Origin: Octopus sinensis
Taxonomy: Eukaryota
Assembly (NCBI RefSeq): GCF_006345805.1
Contig: NC_043004.1
Span: 6,200,001 to 6,264,000 of the forward strand
Length of the DNA stretch: 64,000 bases
Direction of reading: 5' to 3'
In this document: positions 51,641 to 64,000 of the stretch, in pieces
Layout of the letters: the number at the start of each line of letters is the position of its first letter
How positions within the stretch are numbered: the stretch's first letter is position 1
Made by a program: the position numbers and the translations under genes
The notes under the pieces: model-generated
What the model saw: the letters and a program-made list of their open reading frames with translations, nothing else
The model's database searches: none
Told to the model about the DNA's origin: nothing

Positions 51641-53043
51641 AAACATTATTTCTGAACTGTTCTAAAAAGCATCTATTGTCGTCTATTAATGAATTGGTAA
51701 ACTAAATGGCTGTATGGTTGCACACACAGAAACTATTTTGGCTCAACACCAAATGCCATTAAGATATTTATAGAAACAAAGGAAACAATAAAACTAATTC
51801 TTACAATGACTTAACGCTCTAACTGCTTCTGCATGATTTATTATTAATACAGTTTTAAAAAGATACTTCCATATTTACTTGGAAATTTAAACATCTACAT
51901 CACATATTAAATGTCCAACGACTCGACTGAACAAGAGATAAGGCTGTTACCGGTGAAGTTAAATGAAGCATGCAGAGTTATGTACCTTTACAAGTTAGTA
52001 CAACAGTTGTGTTTGTCGAGTTTTCGTATCTATATACATTAGGTTGGAAAGAAAGCCGAGGCGCTTTGCAACCAAGTGTTTTCAGGTTCAGTGCTACTGC
52101 ACGGCACTTAAAACAGCCATGAACCGACCAATACCTTGTGAGTGAATTAGGTAGACGGAAATTGTATGGAAGTCCATCGTATGTGCGTATGTGTGTGTGT
52201 CCCACTACTACTTGACAACCAGTGTTGATTTGTTTACGTCCCTGTAGTTTTGCAGTCCCCAAAAGAGACCGACAGAATAAGTACCGAACTTTAAAAAAAT
52301 AACTTTTGGAGTTGATTTGTTCGACTAAAACCATTCAAGGCAGTGTCCCAGCATGGCTGCAGTCCAATGACCAAAGTGAAGGGTAAAAGTTAACAACAGT
52401 CGGTATTTAATTCATGGCTAGATACCCGCTGCCCGCTTTTTCAACCACTTTATCTCTTCTGAGATAAGTTTTTTTAATATAGAGTCACTATTGGTCAAAG
52501 CTGGTTACCTATCAACACACAAATATGTGCAGGCCTGGGCAAGATTTTTCTAAAGACTGGCAGTTGTCCATGAAAGTAAATCTCCCCTCCACTCCATTAC
52601 AATGTTTATCCAAAGGAAAAACTGCCAACTTGAGCCCATACAACTAGGTACCACTGTTGTCATAGCCATCACTGTCAGAACACAAAGAACCAAAATAAAT
52701 ACTGCCAGGCGTCTTGCATCAAACTCAACCCTTTTCGCATTCAGATTACTCTGTCATATGTAATGCTTACTTAAAAAACATTGTTTTGAATTAATTATGC
52801 ATTATCTTATAACTCCAAGATTTCAATGTCACTGTTTATTTTTGAATGATATTGTAAGCTAGGTGTGAGAGGCTGGATCTGGCAAGTTTGAATATACAAG
52901 ATAGGATATTTGTAGCCAATATGGCTGGTTTAAACACTAAAAGATTAACAGTTCTACCAATCCATGGCAGGCTACTTGATGTCCTCCACAGTTATGATAT
53001 AAGTATCACTGGATCTATGTCAGGATATCTGATGTGTAAATTC

Positions 53044-53079
<36 letters not shown>

Positions 53080-55269
53080 GTTTCTTTCAGTTTCTGTTGA
53101 GCAAACCAATTCAAAAGTCTTTGGTTGGTCCAGAGCTACAGTAGAAGATATCTGTCCAAAGTACTGTATAGTGGAACTGAACCTGAGACTATGTGGTTGG
53201 AAAGCAAGCTTCACAACCACACAACCACGCCTGTACCAATTACAATTAATTTATTTGTAACCGCTTTCGATTTCTTCACATCGTCACAATATAATAGATG
53301 ATGTTAGCACCAATAACAAAGATAAAGATGAAGTAAATGAGACAAGAAATTATTCAATTTTCCATTTCTTTTTTTTATTAGCACTGACTTGTCAAAAACT
53401 GGGTCTCTAAATTCTTCCCCTGAAGCTAGCCATTGAAGAAATACAATTTTTTTTTAACATCAAAATATCAACTGCATCGATTAACCAACCAAATATCAAT
53501 CTAGAAAAAATGCATTGCTCTCATTGTATATATTTGTTATCCAAGATGATGCCATAAAATATTTCACATGTAATCTTTGAATATATTTACTTCATTCAAT
53601 GAGAAGAGACAACGAATTTGAAGCTAAGGTTGAACTTTTGGTTATGTTTAGTTACTGATCAAATAATCAAGTCATAACTTACTACAGACATTGTGTATTG
53701 TCTCACAGCAAGGAACATACAATCAGGCATGTGATCCCAGATAAATAGAGTTTAGTGTTTCTTCGCATAGATTCACAGTATAAAATATGCGTCAACATGT
53801 GAACTCGTGACCAAGAATCATTTATGATGAACCTTATTCACACAACTATTCTTTTCATCATTTATGTCTTATGTCTTATGAAATCTGAGACTTTGTTTTG
53901 GAGCAAAGAAAAGGGAGAATAAATGATGTTATATAATTCCCAAGGACATTACCAATGTAAGTCAAATGACTCCAAACAGGAAGTTAAACCAGGTCACAGT
54001 GACCCAACTAGCTACAAGTTTACTAATGCCTCTGTGATAGATGCTGAATTGAAGTTCATGTTTCAGAATGAGGAATGTAAATTTGAGTGTTGGATAATTT
54101 TCAGAAGTATAACTCTCAACTATTAAAAAAAGGAAGCTAAATATTTTGCAAAATGTTGGAAATTAATTGCACTCATTTACAACAATCATACAATGTCAAG
54201 AGATAATGGGACACACATTAAAGTTTATTTTTATGTTAAGTTCTAATAAAACAAGTTTGCATTAAATACTCAATACATTTTGTAAAGTACAAATTTATTG
54301 CTCTTTAACATAAATAGTATTTTACAGCAATTTTGAAGTTTCAACTAGCCAACCATCATATATATGTATGCATGTGTGTGTGATAGGTTTCTTTTAGTGT
54401 CTGTCTGACAAGGCTTTGGCCAGTCTAGGACTATAATAGAAGACACTTGACCAAGGTGCCATGCAGTGAAACTGAACCTGGAACCACAATTACACTTGCA
54501 TCTATAAAAAGAGTAAAAAAGAAGCAACATCACTTTAGAGAATGATAGAGTCAGTAATACATTTTCATTATGAGGTCTGAGAATGACAGCAGTTAAGGAA
54601 TAGGCTTTGCAGTTACGTGGCTCTGGGCCTTGGGCAAATGTCTTGCATAACAGCTGAAGTCAGCCAAAGCTTTGTAGGAATTTGGTATGTGGAAACTGTA
54701 CTCAATATCATTAGATATGTGCCTGTGTCCCCGAGCCTAGCAGCTCTGTGAGTCAGGGCTGACCATGTCTGTAACTTGTTTAGGCAGGCCTGGATGAGGC
54801 TCTATTTGAAAGAAGATTGTCATTTGCCCATGTATCCTTTTCCCCCTCTCTATGCAGCTGATGTTAGCAAAGAAAAAGTCTGCTGTTTACTATGTGAGAT
54901 AGTATGAACTTAAAGTAATAATTATATCAGGTTAGTTGTGTAAAGCTAATAAGAGAAGCTGGTTGTTTAGAGTTAGACTAATTATATTATAAGTATTATG
55001 TTACACCAGACGGCAGTAATACTGAGTAAATAGATTCTTAGTTGGTTATAGTACTTAATGAAACTAATCTAAGCCATAACAACCACCTAATACCATCTCT
55101 ATGCCATTGCATTCCTCAAAATCACTATCATGAATTTGTCTTTTGTATTTTTAACACAGATTATTTCTTAATGAAATAACTTGTTATTCTGTAATGATTC
55201 CATCTTAGAACTCAGTTTGATAACTTTGGAGCTAAAATGTGTATTGTTGTCAGTCAATCTGCTGTGTGC

Positions 55270-55275
55270 ATGTGC

Positions 55276-55332
<57 letters not shown>

Positions 55333-55350
55333 TGTGTGTGTGTGTGTGAG
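55270..55350. repeat. (TG)n(AG)n(TG)n compound microsatellite
   Basis: Direct reading. Confidence 0.95.
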
Positions 55351-56769
55351 TGTGTGTCAGAGTGTGCATGTGTGTGCGTGTCAGTGTTTCAGTGTGTGGG
55401 AGTCAGTGTGTGTGCATGCGCCATGTGTGCGCACATTTGTGTATCTCTGTCTTGACATCCACCTGTAAAAAAGTCTGCCTCAATCAACTCCACCTGACTC
55501 ATGCAAGCATGGAAAAGTGTAAGTTAAAATGATGGTGATGCTGATGATATATATAAAAGACTAATTAAAGCTTATATAATATGAAATATGATTATATGAT
55601 TTATATGGAATAATGTTGAAGTATGTCAGAAGAAATCTATTGATTCTCTCCTCTTAAATACCATTTTCTCAATTCTTTCCAAGAAGCTAGCTAAACTAGA
55701 CTAAACCAGAAAATGACATTGATTTCGATTTGCCTTCTCAAAATTCTTAATGGTAAAAGGCATTCAGAAACTACAAAGTGCATGTATTCCAAGAAGTTCA
55801 CTGAAATCTCTTACAACATCAAATTACATCATATCACACATGACTGACAGCTACCAAGAGCTGCTGAAATAAAACAATGAACAGTAATAGAAACTGGCTG
55901 AGAATCGCTAGAATTTATGATTGAATCTGTAATTCGGTTGAATGGATTTACTAAAAAGAAAAATTCAATGAAATAGCAAAACTATTTTTAAAAAATAGGT
56001 GAGAGTGATCCATGAAAAACAGCATTAAAAGAAAACAAGAATTGACAACCTTCTTGAAGAGTAATACATGTTGATAAAGGATAGAAATAAGATGATTCAA
56101 AAAAAGGCAAAAAACCTGTTTTCTACAGTCTTTATTGTATAATATAAGAACTACTGAAGAGAAACAGAGAGGAAGCTTTTTGATACCAACCAAACTTGGG
56201 ACTGTATCTGGTTCTGTGATATAAACTTAAAAACCTATCACAAAAATTTCAGATTAATAATGACAATGTTATTTTACTAAATTCATCATTATTTAAAAAA
56301 TTAATTGAGGCCAAGGCAGTATATCTCAATGGAAAAGGGTTAAATAGTGCACAATATTTTGAGTTTAGTTTATGATGGTCCAAAAATGGAATTCATTAAC
56401 ATATGCTTAATTCCAGATTACCTAAAAACCAAAATAATGGTTGATCCATCCTAAATCCTTGTTCTGATTAAAAATCCATGCCACTACCAGCTGAAAAATA
56501 AAATTGTCTCTTATATCCAATGTATTGCATTCAATCAGACACACAAAATCACCTAGTCTACATCAGGCCTGCTTGATGTCTACTAACGGATTAAAATAAA
56601 TGGCATGGTTTAAAATCAGTTCCTCAATATTTTCCATCCAACTATTTTGACATTATGATGGAACTTTGCAAAAACAAAGATACTGGTTACATCTTATGTC
56701 AATTAATTTCAAAAGTAATGAAGAATTTAGTAAAATAACTGTCATTATTCATCTGGTGTTTGCATAATC

Positions 56770-57130
56770 ATTTATTGTCCATTTTCGATGCTGGCATGAA
56801 TTGGACTGTTTGACATGGAGCTGGCCAGTCGGATAGCTGTCTAAACTCCAATAGTCTGTTGTGGCATGGTTTCTACTGCTGGATACCCTTCCTATTGCCA
56901 ACCACTCTACAGAGTGTGCTGGGTGCTTTTATGGATGACTGCAATTTTACTTGGCTTGTTGTGTTTTCTTAAGTACAACAAATTGCCCCAACTCCCAATC
57001 TTTTATCATTTCCTCAGTGAGACCCAGTGTCTGAAGATCCTTTATCCCTCATCTTCCTGGGTCTACCCCTTCCGCAGGTTCCCTCCACAGTTAGAGCTCA
57101 GCACTTCTTTATGCAGCTGTCCACATCTAT
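56770..57130 (-). mobile_element. RTE ORF2 end plus 3' UTR, nested in a piggyBac-type MITE (about 56670-57390)
   Basis: Minus strand gives ..CGRGRPRK..TLGLTEEM.., sharing ggtctcactgaggaaatga with 58439. MITE sequence resumes after 57130 and ends ggtatgaaaaaggttaa. Confidence 0.7.
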
Positions 57131-58434
57131 ACGAAACATAAACTGAGTTTTAATTTTAAATATTTTAAACAGGAAGCTTGTACCATAGAACCAAGGATGG
57201 TCTCAGGTAGTTTTTAATAATTTTGAAAATAGTGAAGAATTTAATAAAATAACTTGTAATTAATTTGGTACTTAGAACATAAATTACATGAAATTTTAAT
57301 GAAAGATTTTAATTTAGATCACTATGAAACAGGAAGTTTGCATCATAGAATCAGGGATGGTCTTATGTTATTTGGTATGAAAAAGGTTAAAATTCATTGA
57401 AAATAATTAATAGGAGTTAAATGATAAAAGTAATAACATCCAATTTAAAAATAATTATCAACTTCACCATTAAAGTGACTAAGAATACAAACACTACCAC
57501 TATAAACTTTATTTTATCCATAAAATTAATCAGCGAAAACTATGGCAGATATTTAATCTTTACTCAATATCTAATTATTCTTTATTCGGATTTTTAATTA
57601 GATGATTTTAGAACAGACATCATCATCATTTGCAACAAAGTTGAATGAAACCTTAAATTAACGAAGGCAAATTCAAATATTAACCAAGCTGCATAATTAA
57701 AAATATCTGTTAAAAGGTACAATAATGGCGACGATGGTGGTGGTGGTGGTGGTGATGATAAAATATGAGAAAGATTGCAAAAAGAAGAAAATGCACATAA
57801 AGGGTTTAATGCAAAAGTTATTTAGAAGAACAAAACCAAAACAGAGAAAATGGTTCCGTGCAACATTTTTACTGCAATAATTAGATGAAAAAGAAAAAAT
57901 AGCAGTAGAGGTTGCAAGCTATATGCTTTATCTAAACATCAAAACCTAACACACACACACAGATGCTAGTAGCCAATGAAAGTCATCTCAGAAGTAATAA
58001 ACATGTGATTCAATCTAATACAGTTTTTATCAAAGAGATTCTTAAAACATCACTTTAGCACATGTCTATAAACTTTAGCAAATGAACTGTTTAAACTGTT
58101 AATAATAACAAGAATATCATCTTAAAATATCTTCTAATAATGGTTCAATAATAAACTCCACACTAGCAGTCTAATCTAACCCCTCCCCCTGCACCTCCAA
58201 CTGCCTCCCAAATAGCAATATATTTCTCTTCATTCAGCAAGGTCAAATACATTAATATCATTAGTAGATAATTATTCTTTTAAGCCTGAGGTTATACCAA
58301 TATCAATTTCAGGAACATTGATGAAATTAATATGGTATCTCAGATACATTTATATTAATATGATTGAAGTCCAACAGCCAACAATGTGATATTAATTATA
58401 CTTCCTGCCTTCAATGTTGATAGATATATTTAAG

Positions 58435-59109
58435 TTGAGGTCTCACTGAGGAAATGACTAGAGACCGAGACCTCTGGAAGTGTGCTGTGCGCGAGAAGAC
58501 CCGGCAGGACAAGTGAGTCCACAACCCGTGGCCTTCTACATGGGATGGAGCCAGCCTACGTATGCATACTTCCCTTCTTGGGACACAAAACTCTACTTGT
58601 GAAGACGTGTTGAGGCAAGTGAGGATCAGAATCGAAATCGATCAATGGAAATTGCGGATGTGCTACCAGTGCCGGTGGCATGTCAAACTCTGCTTGTGAA
58701 GACCTATTGAGGCAAGTGAGGATCAAATCGAAATCGATCAATGGAAATTGCAGATGTGTTACCAGTGCCGGTGGCATGTAAGAGAACTTTCCGTTTCGCG
58801 ACCGTTGCCAGCACCGCCCCGTTTCGTTCCGTTGCCAGCCTCGCCTGGCCCTCGTGCCGGTGGCACATAAAAAGCACCATCCGTTCGTGGCCGTTGCCAG
58901 CTCTGTCTGGCACCAGTGCGGGTGGCACGTAAAAAGCACCCACTACACTCACGGAGTGGTTGGCGTTAGGAAGGGCATCCAGCCGTAGAAACACTGCCAG
59001 ATTTGACTGGGCCTGATGAAGCCTTCTGGCTTCACAGACCCCAGTAGAACCGTCCAACCCATGCTAGCATGGAAAACGGACGCTAAATGATGATGATGAT
59101 GATGATGAT
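58435..59109 (+). mobile_element. RTE LINE 3' end: ORF2 stop, complete 3' UTR and (GAT)n tail
   Basis: 58439-58516 = GLTEEMTRDRDLWKCAVREKTRQDK*. The UTR carries an approximately 96-bp tandem duplication (58588-58684, 58685-58779) and the palindrome ccatgctagcatgg. Confidence 0.88.
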
Positions 59110-59269
59110 ATAATAATAAACATAGGTATAATGATAATGATATGGCAATCTTAATATTTGCTCTTTTAATATAGACTTCGTTAAGAACTGCAATTCTTGC
59201 AGTCGGTTTAGAAATAATATCACTGTTTAATTCATACGTCATTGTAGTTTCCCTAAACAGAGTAGCTTA

Positions 59270-59361
59270 AGACAGACAAGCAGACAGACAGGCAGACAGA
59301 CAAGTAGACAGACAGGTAGACAGACAAGCAGACAGACAGGCAGACAGACAAGCAGACAGAC
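59270..59361. repeat. (CAGA)-derived 12-mer array with 24-bp alternation
   Basis: agacagaca + agc/ggc/agt/ggt/agc/ggc/agc. Confidence 0.9.
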
Positions 59362-59519
59362 ATACAGTAGCTTCTTTTAGCTTCTGTGTACCATGTGGTT
59401 TGGAGTTCGCTCCCATTGCAAGGATCTGACGGCTAGGGTTTTCTAGTATTACAATGGGTTGACCAATACACTATGAATGAAGTCTGATACGTGGAAATTG
59501 GACGAAGCCCATTTCTAGA

Positions 59520-59910
59520 TGTGGTGCTGTGGCTAGTATGTTTCAACAACCCTGAGAGTTATGCCAGCGTAGTACAAGCTCCTGGTAAGGCCTCCCATAT
59601 TGGACAGGTCAAAGTATAGTGGCCAGATTAGTATGGATCACCTCTTCCAAGAGGTAAAAATGGGTTTGTGTAGGGCTAACAGCCCAACTTCAAAAGAAGC
59701 CAAGTTACAGAAGCACTGATGACAATTCAAAGCCAACAAGACTTGGGAGAGGAAATCCTTCCCCCAGGGAAACATATAAAGGATACTGTGGCAGAGCTGA
59801 GAAAGCAAGAATCCAATTGGAAACAAACAGAAAAAGAGAGCCAAGAGTTGGTGAAGGTGTAGATAAGACGCTGATGACCTATGCTTCATAGGAGCAAAAA
59901 GCCGAAGTAA
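59520..59910 (+). mobile_element. Internally deleted RTE (5' UTR joined to 3' end), copy B
   Basis: Homologous to 27187-27490; retains an ORF2-end-like TVAELRKQESNWKQTEKESQE before the tail. Confidence 0.65.
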
Positions 59911-61875
59911 AATTTAGTATGAGAAGTGTGTGTGCACAACTGAATGTATATTATTTTTTTGACATGTGCATGTTTATTGTAAACAAAGAGTCACTGTTCA
60001 TACAAATGGTTGTTTGTTTTTGATTACGATGTATCCAATTTCACTGACAAAGCTATTTTTAATGTAGATTTACAGATGAAATTTCACTTCCTTTCATTAT
60101 CATCGTCATTTAACACCTGTTTTCCATGCTGGCAAGTGTTGGACTGTTTGATAGGAGCTGGTAAGGTCAGGGGCTGTACACTACTCCCACTACCTGTTTT
60201 GGCATGGTTTCTAAGTCTGAATGCCCTTCCTAATGCCAACCTCTTTACAGAGTGTACTGGGTACTTTTTACATGGCACTCGCAAATCATTCCCTCGGGAT
60301 AGCTCAGCACTATTAACAAATATTGTTCCAAATTGTTATCAACCTTTTCTTTCTATTTTGTGGTAAAACACACATAAAATACAGTCATGATATTCTGATT
60401 GTTCCCTATCGACTTTATCAGAAGAAATCCATCCAGGGTTGTTGCTTGTTTTTGCAACTTCTATGATAGCAAGAAGATTCTAAAGTATTACAATGAATTG
60501 CTCTTTTTATCATATCACTTTAGTATGAGGCCAGATTACAATAATAATCCAATCAATTAACAAACATCCTTATTACATAATAATACAATTACATCAGTTA
60601 TTAGGTGGGAAACGATTCAATATTTTACAAGCTATCTATAAGTCTATTATGAAAAACAACTTTTCAAAATGGAGTAAGCCATATAATGATGTATATATTT
60701 TATAAATTAACCCCTGCTGGTCATTACTATTGGGACAGCTCTTGATGTAGGAATAAGCTAGATATTTTATATACATAATGTGTGTGTGTGTGTGTGTGTG
60801 TAAGTTGTACTGTTTTATACTTGATTTTAGAAGAAAAAACTGTAGTGTGCCATATACAGGGCAAAGTTTGAACATGTGGGGAAAAAATTTTGTACCAAGA
60901 TCTAACACTAAATTAGGGGTGCAACTCATGCATGAGTAAATCAAGAGTGTGTGTGTCCCCACATAATAATCGTTTAATTTCCCATTTTCCATACTGGCAT
61001 GAGTTGGACAGTTTGACATGAACAGACAAGCCAGAGGGCTGCGTCGGGTTCTTATAGTAATAAAAGTCTTGATTAACAATGCTATACAAAATACAGCAAT
61101 GATGAGAATATTTCTCAAAAGAAATTATTGCCAATATATAAACAGAATAATCATAATTGATATATCACCTTCAAGGTGTAGTAGAACTAAACTGTACTGT
61201 TTATAAAGTAATAACTAAAAATAAACAAAACAAATATGACAAACATAAACATGAGACATATGCAAATAATGAGAAGCTAAAATTGTTGCCTGTTGAGATA
61301 TTAGATGCAATTAATTATGAAGGCATTTAATTTGGTTTCTAGACATTAATTAATCAGTTGAGAATTATCTCCAATTTCAATAAGAAACCAAAGAAAAAAA
61401 TACAAATATCAAATTTACTGAAAATTGGATAATTTATTTAATTAAATGAACGCCTATGAAAATTATTTCATATAAACTACGAAGTTGAGCTCTTTATATT
61501 GTATTGATACAAACTCTTACTCAACAAACCAATGTAGGTTTAATATGTACAAACACGTCCACTGTCTTTGTTACATAATGAATTTCCTCTGAACTTTACT
61601 TCAACAGTAACAAAAAAAAAATTATCGATTCCAAATAACAAAATAAAAAATAAAAAATAAATGCAGATCTGAAATCTTATAGCTGTTATTGGATTCAGTC
61701 ATTAGATTGTGGCCATGCTGGGGCACCATTTTGAAGGGTTTAGTTGAACGAATGGACACCAGTATTTTCTTTTAAAAGTCTAGTACTTATCCAAATGATC
61801 GTTTTTGCCAAACTGCTAAGTTACAAGAACATAAACAAACCAACATCAGTTACCAAGTAATGGGGGTGGGTGTGA

Positions 61876-61907
<32 letters not shown>

Positions 61908-62228
61908 TCTATCTATCTATCTACCTCTGTGTGTGTGTGTACATACACGAGGGGCTTTCATATCAAATTCACTCCCAAGAGATTGATCAGTTTGGGGCTA
62001 TTGTGGAAGACTCTTGCCCATGGTGCCATGCAGTGGGACTGAACCCAAAACCATGTGGTTGCAAAGTAAGCTTCCTAACCACACAGCTATCTCTTCAAAT
62101 ACAACCAACTCTCTTATACATGTCGACAAGTACCTTTAATTCTCAGCCACCTTTCCAACTTACACAAGTTCTACTTTACAGTCATACTAGTTAATGCGCC
62201 TTCGGTATTTCACGTTTTACTCATAACT

Positions 62229-62290
62229 GTGCAGTGGTTCTCAGCCAGGGTCCACATGACCCTTGGGGGTCGTTATAAAATTTTGTCGGT
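62229..62290 (+). mobile_element. hAT/Charlie-like terminal fragment
   Basis: cagtggttctcagccagggtcc..gaccc..ggggtc resembles hAT MITE left ends; no matching right end found. Confidence 0.35.
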
Positions 62291-62384
62291 GAAATTTATC
62301 TGCAATCAATTGATTATAATTCTACAATACACAAAATGTTTTAATTTTTTCTATACAATTCCTAATAATATCTAATAATAATTA

Positions 62385-62528
62385 GGCGCAGGAGTGGCTG
62401 TGTGGTAAGTAGCTTGCTTACCAACCGCATTTTTCCAGGTTCAGTCCCACTGCATGTCTTCTACTATAGCCTCAGGCCAATCAAAGCCTTGTGGGAGGAT
62501 CTAGTAGATGGAAACTGAAAGAAGCTTG

Positions 62529-62566
<38 letters not shown>

Positions 62567-62761
62567 TCTCTCTCTCCCCCCAACATCACTTGACAACCGA
62601 TGCTGGTGTGTTTACATTCCCATAACTTAGCAGTTCGGCAAAAGAGACTGATAGAATAAGTATTAGGCTTACAAAGAATAAGTCCTGGGGTCAATTTGCT
62701 CAACTAAAGGCGGTGCTCCAGCATGGCCACAGTCAAATGACTGAAACAAGTAAAAGAGTAA
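62385..62761 (+). mobile_element. Full-length tRNA-head SINE (best-preserved copy)
   Basis: ggcgcaggagtggctgtgtggtaag head, (TG)n core, tail ggcggtgctccagcatggccacagtcaaatgactgaaacaagtaaaagagtaa. Confidence 0.9.
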
Positions 62762-62977
62762 CCCTTTTGTTACTGTATTTATTTTGAGATGCTCTGTGTT
62801 TCTTTCAATTACTTTAAATATAACAAAGAATTTAGTAAAATAACTTATCATTTAGCTAGTGTTAGGAATATAAATTGTGACTTAGGTTTGGTGGAAGATT
62901 TTAATTCAAAACTTATAAAAACAAGATATTTGTACGGAGAGCCAGAGCTGGTTTCAGCCGGGTTGGTAACGAAAGGG
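62762..62977. mobile_element. piggyBac-type MITE (second family) abutting the SINE tail
   Basis: TIRs cccttttgttac / gtaacgaaaggg (11/12); flanks GTAA and TTAA. Confidence 0.8.
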
Positions 62978-64000
62978 TTAATAAAAATATGAAGTTCTAG
63001 AGCATATTTCAAACCGTCTTTGAAATCCTCACCACATATATATGTGAGGGAGAGAGAATGTATGTGTGTGTGTGTGTGCAGATGCGTGCGTGTGCACTTG
63101 CCTATTTATATGTTTTGTATGACAATTGTTGTGAATTAGGAAATAAACACTTGAAAAATTATTCCCAACCCAATTTTAAATTCCTTTATTTCTATTAATG
63201 TGTTTCAGGATATGTATGGTGAATGTTGTAGCCACATCACCATTGCAGCCACAACAATTGTACATTGAATATCTATTGCGCATTTATATTTTTATATTTC
63301 ATCAAATATTGAAAAAAGTAAAGTCAGAGAAGTAAGTTTTAAATAAATGTGATGGCAAAAAATAAGAAGATTAATAAATCAAAATAAACCAAGAAATCAA
63401 CTATATATATATAAATGTGTACTTTATTTGTGCTTAACCAATGGTTTCAGGTGAACAGGAATCTTCATTATCAAGTCTGCACATGGGAACATTGGTACTC
63501 GTTTTCCACTTGACGAAAACTGTTAAGAAATTTCTCTTTACATGAAACCATTGGTAGACTTGCTAGATCCACAAATAAAGTTTATCCACCAATGCAATGT
63601 TGAGCACTCATTCTCGCTGTTTGATATTAGCATGCTTGCATGCGTGTGTGTGTGCATACATACATATACTTTTGTACTTTTTAAAATTTATTTGTATTTA
63701 AATTTTAACTTCAAACTATGATACAAATAAATTAACTTTATATCCCCAACTCTCCATTTTCTTACCTTATTAAGAATACTTGTTATAATAATCCCAAACA
63801 TATCACTGATATTTTCTTCTAATATGATGGAGATTAAATCAGTGAAATTTTGGATTTATTAATCCTTAAAGAGGACATTACATCCGTGAAATGACTGGCC
63901 AGTGTCGGTCACATAACTGGCCTGTTTAAAAGTACAATTCAATTTGTTCCCTAGAAATCTTTCACCACTGTGGTTATTTGTACCCTCTGCATTCAATGTT

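Noticed and set aside
60636-61118. 160-aa minus-strand ORF
   Set aside because: Runs through an RTE tail fragment and (CA)n; non-coding composition.
63437-63555. 13-bp inverted repeat accaatggtttca / tgaaaccattggt
   Set aside because: Short, no clean TSD and no second copy in the window.

Overview
AT-rich, microsatellite- and retroposon-dense animal genomic DNA. The repeat repertoire looks octopod cephalopod; this is inferred from my recollection of repeat families, not from a search. The whole window lies inside one minus-strand gene, the TRAK/Milton mitochondrial kinesin-dynein adaptor (HAP1_N domain). Three phase-compatible exons are clear: 50270-50490, 39906-40109 and 11306-11382, reading ...SRADASVIT-D-VCNRADLPEVEILSLLEEQIPKYKLRAD...[33 protein letters not shown]. 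The next exon (KERDLELAARIG-type) is not in the window. The giant introns hold candidate alternative first exons: a strong one at 3450-3554 with an Inr/GC-box promoter, and a moderate one at 31079-31121. They also hold a full-length 5S rRNA copy fused to a SINE-type 3' tail, an 83-bp-arm palindrome, several MITE families, a Helentron-type INE, CR1/L2/RTE/Hero LINE remnants, at least five SINE types and many nested insertions. SINE and LINE copies are listed selectively, not exhaustively. No CRISPR array or prokaryotic system is present.
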